Notes under the pieces: model-generated
Told to the model about the DNA's origin: nothing
The model's input: only the letters and a program-made list of their open reading frames with translations
The model's database searches: none
Made by a program: the position numbers and the translations under genes
Part shown: piece after piece, positions 50,794 to 59,770 of the stretch
Layout of the letters: every line of letters begins with the position of its first letter
Numbering within the stretch: the stretch's first letter is position 1
Assembly (NCBI GenBank): GCA_963717145.1
Contig: OY970325.1
Span: 768,001-832,000 of the forward strand
From: an uncultured Armatimonadetes bacterium
GTDB taxonomy: Bacteria; Armatimonadota; UBA5829; DTJY01
Direction of reading: 5' to 3'
Length of the DNA stretch: 64,000 nt

Positions 50794-52392
50794 ATGCTTG
50801 ACTTGCTTATCAGACACGGGATTGTGATCGATGGAACGGGGAAGCCGGGAGTTGCCGCTGACGTCGGCATCAGGGACGGACGGATAGTCGCTCTCGGGAA
50901 GATTGACGAGCCTGCCACGAGGGTGCTCGATGCCGATGGATGCGTGGTGTCGCCGGGGTTCATCGACATACACTCCCACACCGATAAGTTGGTCCTGGCC
51001 AATCCCAGATGCGAGAGCAAGTCCACGCAGGGCGTCACGCTCGAGGTCAGCGGCAACTGCGGAGACTCGTCCGCGCCGAGAGGTGGCAAGCAGCCCCATA
51101 CGGACGGCTCGTCGTGGCTCAAGGACTGCGGCATAAGCGCGACTTGGGGCACGATGCGGGAGTACCTGGACGTGATCGCCTCGAATCCGATGGCCGTCAA
51201 CTTCGCCACCCTGGTCGGTCATGGCACGGTCCGCGAGGTCGCGGTCGGATACGATGACAGGCCGCCGACGGACGAGGAACTCGACGAGATGCGCCGGCTC
51301 GTGGCGGAGGCGATGGAGGCGGGCGCATTCGGCGTGTCGAGCGGATTGATCTATCCGCCCGGATGCTTTGGGACGACGGAGGAGGTCATCGAGCTGTGCA
51401 AGGTCGCTGCTCGGTATGGCGGGATCTATGCGACTCACATGCGGAATGAGGCGGAGGGAGTCGTGGAGGCGGTCGAGGAAGCGCTCAGGATAGGGTGTGA
51501 ATCGGGCACCGGGGTGCAGATATCCCATCACAAGGCATGCGGCGTCAAGAACTGGGGTCTCGTCAAGAAATCGCTCGCCGTTATCGACGCCGCCCGCGCC
51601 CGGGGAACCGATGTCTTCGCCGATCAGTATCCTTACTTGGCGACATCGACCGGACTGGGGATCATGATCCCGAAGTGGGCGCACGATGGAGGCACGAAGG
51701 CTCTCATCGCCAGACTCACCGATCCCACCGAGCGCGCGAGAATCCGCGAGGCCGTATTGAGCGACATGGAGAACGGATACCTGGCCTCTTCAGGCGGGTG
51801 GGATACGGTCGTCCTCAGTTCGCTCAAGACTGAGAAGAACAAGTATTGCGAGGGGCTGAGCATCACCACGATCGCGCGGCAGTTGAAGAAGGATCCGGTC
51901 GATACAGCACTGGACCTGCTTCTCCAGGAGGGTGGAAGCATCGGGATGATGCACTTTGTCATCGGCGAGGACGACGTGAGGACGGTGATGCAGCATCCGG
52001 CGGTTCTGATCGGGTCCGATGCCACCGCGCGGACGTTCGAGGGTCCGCTCACTCGTGGAAAGCCGCATCCGAGGGCATACGGTACATTCGCTCGCGTGCT
52101 CGGGAAGTATACCCGCGACGAGAAAGTCCTGACGCTCGAACAGGCCGTCGCCAAGATGACCGGAATGCCCGCCGCGCGTCTGGGTCTGAGGGATCGGGGA
52201 GTAGTCGCTCTCGATAATCGGGCCGACCTGACCATATTCGATCCGGACTCGATCGAGGATGCGGCGACCTTCGAGGAGCCGATCCAGGCCGCCAGGGGAA
52301 TTCGATACGTGATCGTCAACGGCGAGACGATTCTGGAGGATGGGGCATTCACCGGAGCACTACCAGGCAAAGTGCTCCGCCACGGAGGCTAG
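50794..52392 (+). CDS. N-acyl-D-amino-acid deacylase family amidohydrolase
   Basis: PGFIDIHSHTD, GNCG, THMRNE, SHHK, GSDA, HPRAYGTF. Confidence 0.92.
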   Translation: MLDLLIRHGIVIDGTGKPGVAADVGIRDGRIVALGKIDEPATRVLDADGCVVSPGFIDIHSHTDKLVLANPRCESKSTQGVTLEVSGNCGDSSAPRGGKQPHTDGSSWLKDCGISATWGTMREYLDVIASNPMAVNFATLVGHGTVREVAVGYDDRPPTDEELDEMRRLVAEAMEAGAFGVSSGLIYPPGCFGTTEEVIELCKVAARYGGIYATHMRNEAEGVVEAVEEALRIGCESGTGVQISHHKACGVKNWGLVKKSLAVIDAARARGTDVFADQYPYLATSTGLGIMIPKWAHDGGTKALIARLTDPTERARIREAVLSDMENGYLASSGGWDTVVLSSLKTEKNKYCEGLSITTIARQLKKDPVDTALDLLLQEGGSIGMMHFVIGEDDVRTVMQHPAVLIGSDATARTFEGPLTRGKPHPRAYGTFARVLGKYTRDEKVLTLEQAVAKMTGMPAARLGLRDRGVVALDNRADLTIFDPDSIEDAATFEEPIQAARGIRYVIVNGETILEDGAFTGALPGKVLRHGG

Positions 52393-52395
52393 CAA

Positions 52396-53496
52396 ATGAA
52401 CAAGAGAATCTTCGTGTTTCTCGCGGCGATCGCCGTGCTCGGGCTGGCGGGGCTGTATGCTCTGCAGCGTGGGCAGTCTCTATTCATCGGACGTCCGGCG
52501 ACCGAGCGGATAGTCTACGTGTCCACTCGTGACGGACAGACGGATATCTGGACGATGAATACCGACGGGACCGACAAGTCCCGCGTCACCAATGACGCGG
52601 CCGACGACGCCGCTCCCGTCTGGTCGCCCGAAGGGACGGAGATCTTGTCGGCCTCCAACCGCGAGGATGACCGATATGAGATATACGTGGCCGCCTGGAA
52701 TGGCAAGTACGTCGATCGCCTGACGAAAAGCGTGGGCACCAAGGATCTCCCAGGCTGGAGTCCCGATGGGAAGGAGATCGTCTTCCTGTCCAGTGGCACG
52801 GTGCACATCCGGCCACGGTTCGACGGTGAAGACGCGCAGGTCATACCGACCGTGGTGCAGGGGGCGACTCAGTTTCCCCGGCCATACGTGAGCGCGAAAT
52901 GGTCTCCGAGCCGGAGGTCGCTCGCAGTCATCGAGGATAGCGACGAGGGCCAGAACGCGACTGTTCGCGAGGACTTCGACAGCGCTGATCGCAAGCCGAT
53001 CCCTCTTGTCGTCGCCGAGAGTGTCGATACCGCCTGGTCGAGGGAGGGCTACAAGATCGCCGCTGCCTTCGTTGGTCGGAAAGAAGATGATGGCAGGCGG
53101 ACCAGCGGGATCATGGCCGCTGATCCGGGGAGCATGAAAGGCGGGGACGTTCTCATCATGGCCGAGGATGCCGGACCCGGGAGCCCGGCATGGTCACCGG
53201 ATGGAAAGCTGATCGCCTTCGAGTTGTGGGAGGTGCGGAACAGCATTCGCGACAAATGCGTCGGCCTCTACATAGTCGGTACAGAAGATGGGAAGCCGAG
53301 ATTGCTCGTCAAGGGTGCGGCTATGGATCCGACTTGGTCGCCCGATGGGAAGCATCTTGCATACACATTGGCTCGTGAGGATGGCAAGCGCGACATCTGG
53401 CGTATCGGCGTCGACGGCAAGGGCGCGGTCAATCTCACCAACGGCGAGGGCGATAACCGCCAACCGGAATGGTCTCCTCTATCGAAGAAGCGCTGA
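52396..53496 (+). CDS. TolB-like PD40 beta-propeller protein
   Basis: Multiple PxWSPDG repeats, N-terminal signal/anchor. Confidence 0.88.
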   Translation: MNKRIFVFLAAIAVLGLAGLYALQRGQSLFIGRPATERIVYVSTRDGQTDIWTMNTDGTDKSRVTNDAADDAAPVWSPEGTEILSASNREDDRYEIYVAAWNGKYVDRLTKSVGTKDLPGWSPDGKEIVFLSSGTVHIRPRFDGEDAQVIPTVVQGATQFPRPYVSAKWSPSRRSLAVIEDSDEGQNATVREDFDSADRKPIPLVVAESVDTAWSREGYKIAAAFVGRKEDDGRRTSGIMAADPGSMKGGDVLIMAEDAGPGSPAWSPDGKLIAFELWEVRNSIRDKCVGLYIVGTEDGKPRLLVKGAAMDPTWSPDGKHLAYTLAREDGKRDIWRIGVDGKGAVNLTNGEGDNRQPEWSPLSKKR

Positions 53497-53508
53497 AAAG
53501 GCGAAGGC

Positions 53509-53626
53509 GTTGGTGCGGATTTGCAATCCAGCACCCGAGGGCAAACCGGCATCTGTGATGCCATCAGGTGCGGGATCACAGATCCCCAGATTGCAAATGC
53601 GGGCTGGATTACAAATCCGCCCGAAC
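53509..53626. repeat. GCGGATTTGCAATCC-type palindromic element
   Basis: gttggtgcggatttgcaatccagc ... gctggattacaaatccgcccgaac with an inner atctgtgat/atcacagat stem. Confidence 0.7.
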
Positions 53627-53643
53627 ACGAGAATCCCTCCTAC

Positions 53644-54849
53644 ATGAAGAACAAGACTGGACTGCCCATGGATGCCTCTGCCTTTCATACCGATCAGCTC
53701 ATCCCATACATCGGCAATAAGCGCAAGCTTCTTCCACTGATCCGCAGGGCGATCGTGTCAACCGGAATCGCGGCGGGCACCTTCTACGATCCTTTCGCGG
53801 GGAGCGGGGTCGTCTCGAGGCTTGCCAAGACGATGGGCTATCGGGTCATCGCCAACGACTGGGAGCCATACGCGCACTTCATCAACTCCACATACATCGA
53901 GGCCAACCGCCCGCCGGAGTTCCGCGCGCTCGGCGGATTGGAGAACGCCCTCTCAATCCTCAACAACCTGCCAACCGAGCCCGGCGGATATATCGCCCTG
54001 GGTTATTGCCCTCACGACGATGAGAGCCCCGATCCCGATTCGGAGCGGATGTTCTACACCCAGGAGAACGGCCGCCGGATCGACGCCGTCCGTGAACAGA
54101 TCGCCAACTGGCATGCCTCGGGGCTGATCGATGACGGCGAGCAGTCCGTTCTTCTCTCCCCGCTGATCTTCCAGGCGGCCTACTGCAGCAATACTTCCGG
54201 CGTCTTCAAGGGATGGCACAGGGGATGGGGTGGGGCGACTAAGACGGCCTGGTATCGGATTCGCAGCACTCTAACGCTCTCGGTTCCGCGGTTCTGGGAC
54301 AACGACTGCGAGAACCGCGTCTATCGCGCCGATGCCGCCAACCTCCTCGATGAGATCGAGTGCGACATCGCATATCTCGATCCGCCGTACAACCAGCACC
54401 AGTACGCGTCGAACTACCATCTCCTCAATACCCTTGCTCTGTGGGACAAGCCCGCGATCAGCCCGAAGTATGCCGTCCGGCATGAACAGAATGGAAAGTC
54501 CGCGATCCGTCGCGACTGGGTTGACCGCAGGAGCGCTTACTGCTACAAGTCGAGCGCTTCCGCGGAGTTCAGCCGGCTGGTCAACGGCATCAAAGCGAGG
54601 AGTATCCTCGTCAGTTACAGCACCGACGGCATCATCCCGTTCTCCGATCTGATCGATACCCTCGCGGAGAGAGGACGGTGCTCCGCCATCATGCGGAAGT
54701 ACAAGCGCTACCGTGTCAGTCGCCAGCGTCCATCGGCCAGACCGCATAATGTGGAGTTCGTCGTCCTCGTAGATACCGAGAAATCCTCAAATCGCCGGGA
54801 TATCGAGAAGGTGAAACACGCCATACTCGCCGAACGTATGAGCATATGA
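53644..54849 (+). CDS. DNA adenine methyltransferase (D12/Dam-like class), orphan
   Basis: YIGNKRKL, DPFAGSG, YLDPPYN, NYHLLNT; start 53644 or 53668. Confidence 0.9.
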   Translation: MKNKTGLPMDASAFHTDQLIPYIGNKRKLLPLIRRAIVSTGIAAGTFYDPFAGSGVVSRLAKTMGYRVIANDWEPYAHFINSTYIEANRPPEFRALGGLENALSILNNLPTEPGGYIALGYCPHDDESPDPDSERMFYTQENGRRIDAVREQIANWHASGLIDDGEQSVLLSPLIFQAAYCSNTSGVFKGWHRGWGGATKTAWYRIRSTLTLSVPRFWDNDCENRVYRADAANLLDEIECDIAYLDPPYNQHQYASNYHLLNTLALWDKPAISPKYAVRHEQNGKSAIRRDWVDRRSAYCYKSSASAEFSRLVNGIKARSILVSYSTDGIIPFSDLIDTLAERGRCSAIMRKYKRYRVSRQRPSARPHNVEFVVLVDTEKSSNRRDIEKVKHAILAERMSI

Positions 54850-54857
54850 CGGGGGAG

Positions 54858-54951
54858 ATGGTTGATGGCTGATGGTTGATGGTTGATGGGGCCGACTCTC
54901 ATTCCCCATTCCCCATCCCCCATCAACCATCAACCATCAACCATCCCCCAT
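54858..54951. repeat. Inverted heptamer arrays
   Basis: atggttg atggctg atggttg atggttg ... cccattc/accatca units. Confidence 0.8.
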
Positions 54952-54972
54952 ATGACCACAAGGAGGTATCGA

Positions 54973-55617
54973 ATGTCCAAGCGACTGGTTCTTTCAGCCG
55001 CGATCGCAATGCTCATCTGCATGGTGATTGGCAGTGCATCCGCTGACAGGCTGATTATCACCCCGAAAGGGACCACGCTCAGCACCGGTGGCATCAGCGC
55101 GGAATATGCCGACAACTCGGATGGCGACGGCACGATCTACTGGGTGAACGTCGGCATCAGCCGCTTCGAGATCGAGGGTGCGCGGTTCGTCGATTTCGGC
55201 CCGGATGAAGCCGATGTCTTCGGTCTTCAGGCGAGCGTTATCCCCGAGACGAGTTTCACGCCCGCACTCGCAGTCGGTTGTAGGAATATCGCCGATGAGA
55301 ACGGCGGCCTGCTGGCGTCGTACAATGAGCGATCTTTCTACGTATCGGCATCGAAGGCGATACCGGTCACCGAGGGTGTCCCCGGCCTCTTGGGTAACGC
55401 GGCGGTTCACGGCGGAGTCGGGACCGGCGGACTGAGTGGGTTCTTCTTCGGGGTCGATGCAACCATCGTTCCCCTGGGTGTTGCGGCGGCCGTCGAATAT
55501 GACACCGAGGACTGGAACTGGGCGGTGTCATACGGATTCGCCGGCGTGATCAACGCCAAGATCACCTCGATCAAGGGCGACCTCTTCTACGGTTTCACCT
55601 TCTCGACCGGCATCTAG
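54973..55617 (+). CDS. Secreted/outer-membrane beta-strand protein (YjbH-like)
   Basis: Signal peptide ASA, PALAVG, HGGVGTG, AVEYD; AGGAGG RBS. Confidence 0.6.
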   Translation: MSKRLVLSAAIAMLICMVIGSASADRLIITPKGTTLSTGGISAEYADNSDGDGTIYWVNVGISRFEIEGARFVDFGPDEADVFGLQASVIPETSFTPALAVGCRNIADENGGLLASYNERSFYVSASKAIPVTEGVPGLLGNAAVHGGVGTGGLSGFFFGVDATIVPLGVAAAVEYDTEDWNWAVSYGFAGVINAKITSIKGDLFYGFTFSTGI

Positions 55618-55677
55618 GGGCGCGCCTCGTGCCGCCCGACGCCTGTGGTATCCGTAGGGGCGTGCCTTGTGCCGCCC
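55614..55677 (+). repeat. Two direct family-A REPs
   Basis: ctaggggcgcgcctcgtgccgccc (55614-55637) and gtaggggcgtgccttgtgccgccc (55654-55677). Confidence 0.85.
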
Positions 55678-55802
55678 GACGCTTCATCGACCGGCAATCG
55701 GTAGCGAGGGAGAGTGGGCCATGGAGGAGTCTCCATCACCCACTCTCCCAATGATCCGTGGCATGACTTGCGGTAACTGACGGGTTGTTGTCCCGCCTGC
55801 GG

Positions 55803-56348
55803 TCATTGCGCCTGTCCCCCTTTTCCCGACGCTGCGGCTTTCGCAGGTATGAGTACGCTGTTCAAGCGCACCCTGTCCGTATTTGGAACCGATGCGTCAT
55901 TTGGCCACTCGTACCGCAAGATATACGAAACGACATCGCCGCTAGGACTCCTCCACTCGGCCATCCACTGCTTGACTTTCACCCAAGGCGTCTTGGTGCC
56001 GTCCTGGAACTCCTTCCAACCGGTCACATGGGACGATGGACGGTCTGGTTGCAGATAGCTATTCTTCAGCGGCTTCCAGCCCAGGCTGTCCAGTCGGTCT
56101 GAGATGCTCTTGAGAGCCGTCTTCGCCGGATACGGCTCAACGAACTCATACCTCATCTGTCTGGTGCCGTGGAAGGTCACGAACGCAGCTTTCTCAGCGT
56201 TCGGCAGAACAACGAAGGCTTCGGGCCGAGACCCTGAACGGCTGTGTGCGGCATAGAGGACTGCGACCACGATCGCGACCGCCAAGAGTACTGCCGCAAT
56301 GATGGCAATGGATCGTTTCTTGCGAGCATTGCTTAACATATAGACCAC
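55803..56348 (-). CDS. Hypothetical membrane-anchored protein
   Basis: Basic N-terminus, one TM, soluble domain; no family recognised. Confidence 0.6.
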   Translation of the reverse strand: MVYMLSNARKKRSIAIIAAVLLAVAIVVAVLYAAHSRSGSRPEAFVVLPNAEKAAFVTFHGTRQMRYEFVEPYPAKTALKSISDRLDSLGWKPLKNSYLQPDRPSSHVTGWKEFQDGTKTPWVKVKQWMAEWRSPSGDVVSYILRYEWPNDASVPNTDRVRLNSVLIPAKAAASGKGGQAQ

Positions 56349-56391
56349 CTGTAGAACCTTTCTAGTGGATCATTGTCCCCATGTTCAGAGG

Positions 56392-56866
56392 CTACTCTGG
56401 CAGGTCATCGTACCAGGCTGCGTACGTCCACAGAACTGTGTCATAGAGGCAAAGTGCGACCATGCCACCGGGGAACCCGCACCAGGGCCACTGAAGGCCG
56501 CTCCACACAGACATCAAGTGGGTCACAGCAACGGATAGGCCAATGGCCAATAGAGCATAGAGCAATGCCAGCAACTGGAACTGCCAGTATGCCTTTCCCG
56601 ACATCCAGGTATATTGGAGGCGAGGAATCTGTCGTCCAGACGAGAGGAATGCGCTATGCAACAGCACAATCGCACGCCCTGCAATCATCCTGCCTGTTGG
56701 GATACCTACCGCCAGACCCTACTAGCGTATCCAACAGACCGATGCGTAGGTCCTCATAGCCCGGCAGTACGATAGGCGCGACTATAACGGACAGAGTCGT
56801 AAGCACCAAAACCGCCTTGACGACCATGCCGGCAAATAGCGAGGGAATATCCTGCTTGCGCAACTC
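56392..56866 (-). pseudogene. Fragments of a hydrophobic membrane protein gene, possibly truncated by the adjacent element
   Basis: Two overlapping hydrophobic ORFs (56654-56929, 56392-56688); the 5' end lies in the inverted-repeat element. Confidence 0.3.
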
Positions 56867-57191
56867 GGGAAAGCCAGGGACAGGCACAGGATTTACGATT
56901 TGTTCACTACTACGTCTACCTGTCGTCATGGATTCTCCTCAGGCGACCGCCCGCTTCATCGCCACACGGAAAGCCGACCCTTGTGCGTTCCCCTCCGCGG
57001 TTGCCCCTCTGGGTGACGTGACAGGGAATGCCCTCCAGCACTGATCGAGCGGTTCTCGGCGTGCTTCCTCATTCGATGCCTATGCCTCTATTCCTTCTTT
57101 GTGACCTCCGCAGCCGGAGAGCATCTTCTATGACGGAACTACGGCCCGAGTGTGACCATTCCGTATTAGCTGTGCCTCTCCCGGTTTTCCC
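56867..57191 (-). mobile_element. Non-autonomous element: internally deleted Y1 (HUH) transposase between ~31-nt inverted repeats
   Basis: Minus frame 57062-56916 reads (T)PRTARSVLEGIPCHVTQRGNRGGERTRVGFPCGDEAGGRLRR; IRs at 56867-56898 and 57161-57191. Confidence 0.7.
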
Positions 57192-57246
57192 AGGAGACAC
57201 GGAGAAGAGCCGTAACAGATCACGATTGTTGATAGTTACGCTGCGT

Positions 57247-57320
57247 GGATGTCATTCTGAACGAAGTGAAGAATCTGTCTGCGCACGGCCAGATTCTTCA
57301 CTTCGTTCAGAATGACATCC
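57247..57320. repeat. Perfect 31-nt inverted repeat (TGTCATTCTGAnCGAAGnGAAGAATC family)
   Basis: ggatgtcattctgaacgaagtgaagaatctg / cagattcttcacttcgttcagaatgacatcc. Confidence 0.85.
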
Positions 57321-57360
57321 GCTGTACATGATCGTGAGGTGTTGCGTTCTTCCCCTCGGC

Positions 57361-57389
57361 TTGACCAACTGCGGGGTGCGGGGTATAAT
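57361..57389 (+). promoter_or_regulatory. Sigma70-type promoter of lemA-htpX
   Basis: TTGACC-17 nt-TATAAT. Confidence 0.75.
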
Positions 57390-57436
57390 CATCCGGGCTG
57401 GCGATCCCCCTGTCCGGCTCAAAGGAGATGATCGAA

Positions 57437-58000
57437 ATGACAATTGCCTCATTGGTTATGATCGCGGTCGTCGGAGTGGTCGTGCTGTTTGTTCTCTGGG
57501 TTGTATTCCTGTACAACCGGATGGTGGTCCTGCGGAACAGGATCGAGAACGCCTGGTCGCAGATCGATGTCCAACTTCGGCGACGGTACGACCTGATCCC
57601 GAACCTGGTGGAGACCGTGAAGGGTTACGCCGCACATGAGAAGGGCGTCTTCGAGGAAGTGACGAAGGCTCGGTCCGCGATGACTCAGGCTCAGGGAGTG
57701 GCCGCTCAGGGAGAGGCGCAGAACATGATCAGCCAGGCGCTGAAGAGCCTCTTCGCAGTCGCCGAGGCATACCCCGATCTCAAAGCGAACCAGAATTTCA
57801 TGATGCTCCAGGAAGAGCTGTCCGGCACTGAGAGCAAGATCGCATACGCGCGGCAATTCTATAATGACACCGTGATGGCCTTCAACACGCTCATCCAGTC
57901 TTTCCCGGCGAACCTGATTGCGGGAAGTTTCGGATTCACCGAGCGGGAGTACTTCCCGATGGAAGTCGCCGCGCGCGAGCCGGTGAAGGTGCAGTTTTAG
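57437..58000 (+). CDS. lemA: LemA family protein
   Basis: [45 protein letters not shown]. Confidence 0.95.
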   Translation: MTIASLVMIAVVGVVVLFVLWVVFLYNRMVVLRNRIENAWSQIDVQLRRRYDLIPNLVETVKGYAAHEKGVFEEVTKARSAMTQAQGVAAQGEAQNMISQALKSLFAVAEAYPDLKANQNFMMLQEELSGTESKIAYARQFYNDTVMAFNTLIQSFPANLIAGSFGFTEREYFPMEVAAREPVKVQF

Positions 58001-58002
58001 GC

Positions 58003-58094
58003 CTTTGGAGTGCGGAAGCGAAGTCTGCGGAGCTTCCGCTTTCGGTGCAACGTCAAAGCGGAAGCTCCGCAGACTCCGCTTCCGCACTCCAAAG
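58003..58094. repeat. GGAGTGCGG-family REPIN-like doublet (40-nt arms, 1 mismatch)
   Basis: ctttggagtgcggaagcgaagtctgcggagcttccgcttt and reverse complement. Confidence 0.85.
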
Positions 58095-58096
58095 TT

Positions 58097-58984
58097 ATGT
58101 ACTCACACATCACCTCAAACAAGTGGAAGTCCGTGCTGCTCGTGATCGTCTTCATCGCGATCCTGGTCGGGCTCGGCTACCTGTTCACCGAAGTCACCGG
58201 CTATGGGTGGATTCTTCCGCTCGCGGTGGTGGTCGCCGTCGTCGGGAGCATTGGGAGCTTCTACTACAGCGACCGGATCGTCCTGTCCATGTCTCAGGCC
58301 CGACCCGCGACCAGGGAGGAGAACGCTTTCCTAGTCAACTCGGTGGAGGGACTGTCGATCGCGGCGGGAATCCCCGTCCCCCGGGTCTATGTCATCGATG
58401 ACACCGCGCCGAATGCGTTCGCGACCGGTCGCGATCCCCAGCACGCGGTCCTCTGCGTCACCAGCGGGCTGATGCAGAAGCTCAATCGCGTGGAGCTGGA
58501 GGCGGTGATCGGCCACGAGATGGCGCATATCAAGGACTACGACATTCGGTTTATGGCGCTTGTGGCGATCCTGGCTGGGACCATCGTCTTGATCTCGGAC
58601 TGGCTGCTTCGGAGCATGTGGTATGGCGGGGGCCACCGGCGGAGGGATAATGACCGCGAGGGAGGGAATCCGATCGTCCTGGTGATCGCGATCGTTGCCG
58701 CGATCCTCGCGCCGATCATCGCGACCCTCATCCAGCTTGCGGTTTCCCGGCGGCGGGAGTATCTGGCGGATGCGCAGGGATCGCTCCTTACGCGGTATCC
58801 CGACGGACTGGCGAGCGCACTGGAGAAGATCTCGTCCGACCCCGAGCCGCTCGAGGCGGCGAACAAGGCGACCGCGCATCTCTACATCTACAATCCCCTG
58901 CGGGAACACGGCGGAGTCCTGAACGCCCTCTTCAGCACTCATCCCCCGGTCGAGGAGCGTATCCGCCGGCTGAGGGAAATGTAG
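58097..58984 (+). CDS. htpX: HtpX-like M48 zinc metalloprotease
   Basis: PNAFATG, HEMAH, SRRREYLAD, FSTHPP; follows lemA. Confidence 0.92.
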   Translation: MYSHITSNKWKSVLLVIVFIAILVGLGYLFTEVTGYGWILPLAVVVAVVGSIGSFYYSDRIVLSMSQARPATREENAFLVNSVEGLSIAAGIPVPRVYVIDDTAPNAFATGRDPQHAVLCVTSGLMQKLNRVELEAVIGHEMAHIKDYDIRFMALVAILAGTIVLISDWLLRSMWYGGGHRRRDNDREGGNPIVLVIAIVAAILAPIIATLIQLAVSRRREYLADAQGSLLTRYPDGLASALEKISSDPEPLEAANKATAHLYIYNPLREHGGVLNALFSTHPPVEERIRRLREM

Positions 58985-59076
58985 AGGCGCGCTTCATGCC
59001 GCCGTGACCAGACGATGTAGAGGCGTGCCTTGTGCCGCCAGATACCGATGTCGGGCGGCATAAAGCACGCCCCTGT
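58981..59076. repeat. Three family-A REPs upstream of the RAYT
   Basis: 58981-59004 and 59017-59040 forward, 59053-59076 reverse. Confidence 0.85.
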
Positions 59077-59086
59077 GGAACCCAAG

Positions 59087-59575
59087 ATGACAAGCCACGA
59101 ACCCTTTCAACGGCGGCTCAACCGGCTCGACACGGATCTGTATTGCTCTGCCAGTCGTGCCTACTTTCTGACGATATGCTCTGACAGATCAGCGCCCTAC
59201 TTTGCCGACCTGTCGCTAAGCCGCATGATCATGTCCTGCCTACTCGCCGAGGCCGTAGCTTGCGGCATCCTTGTCTCTGCATACTGCCCTATGCCGGATC
59301 ATCTACACGTCCTCTGTTCGCCGGCAGAGGAAGGGAGATCAGTCATCACGTTCATGCACGATTTCAAGGGTCGTTCCACAAGACTCGGCTGGGATCACGG
59401 GATACGGGGGAAACTATGGCAGAAGGGGTACTACGACCATATCGTCAGGCGTGAGGAGAGCCTTCGGAAGATTGCGGAGTATATCCTTGCCAACCCGGTT
59501 CGAAAAGGGTTGGTGGGTGACTATACAGCATACGAGTTCAGTGGAATGCCCGATTCGTTGCCGGATTGGTGGTAG
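59087..59575 (+). mobile_element. REP-associated tyrosine transposase (RAYT, Y1_Tnp/HUH), intact
   Basis: YFLTIC, MPDHLH (HUH), LWQKGYYDHIVR, EYILANPVRKGL (catalytic Tyr); flanked by GTAG REPs. Confidence 0.92.
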
Positions 59576-59755
59576 GGGCGTGCCTTGTGCCGCCCAATGG
59601 TTATGCCGGGCGGCATAAAGCACGCCCCTACAGACGTTCAGGCGGCACAAGGCACGCCGCTACAGGAGCGGGCGGCACAAGGCACGCCGCTACAGGTGCC
59701 GGGCGGCACAAGGCACGCCGCTACAGGTGCCGGGCGGCACAAGGCACGCCCCTAC
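59572..59755. repeat. Six family-A REPs downstream of the RAYT (1 forward + 5 tandem reverse)
   Basis: 59572-59595 forward; reverse copies start at 59608, 59640, 59670, 59701, 59732 (period 30-32 nt). Confidence 0.92.
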
Positions 59756-59770
59756 GGGTGATGATAGCGG

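Noticed and set aside
58010-58096. N-terminal ORF extensions (also 16774, 26427, 32952, 37779, 53521, 54883, 59030)
   Set aside because: They translate repeat DNA; downstream starts fit RBS position or family N-termini better
59608-59755. CRISPR array
   Set aside because: Units are separated by only 6-8 nt near-identical linkers, match the REP flanking the RAYT, and no cas genes are present
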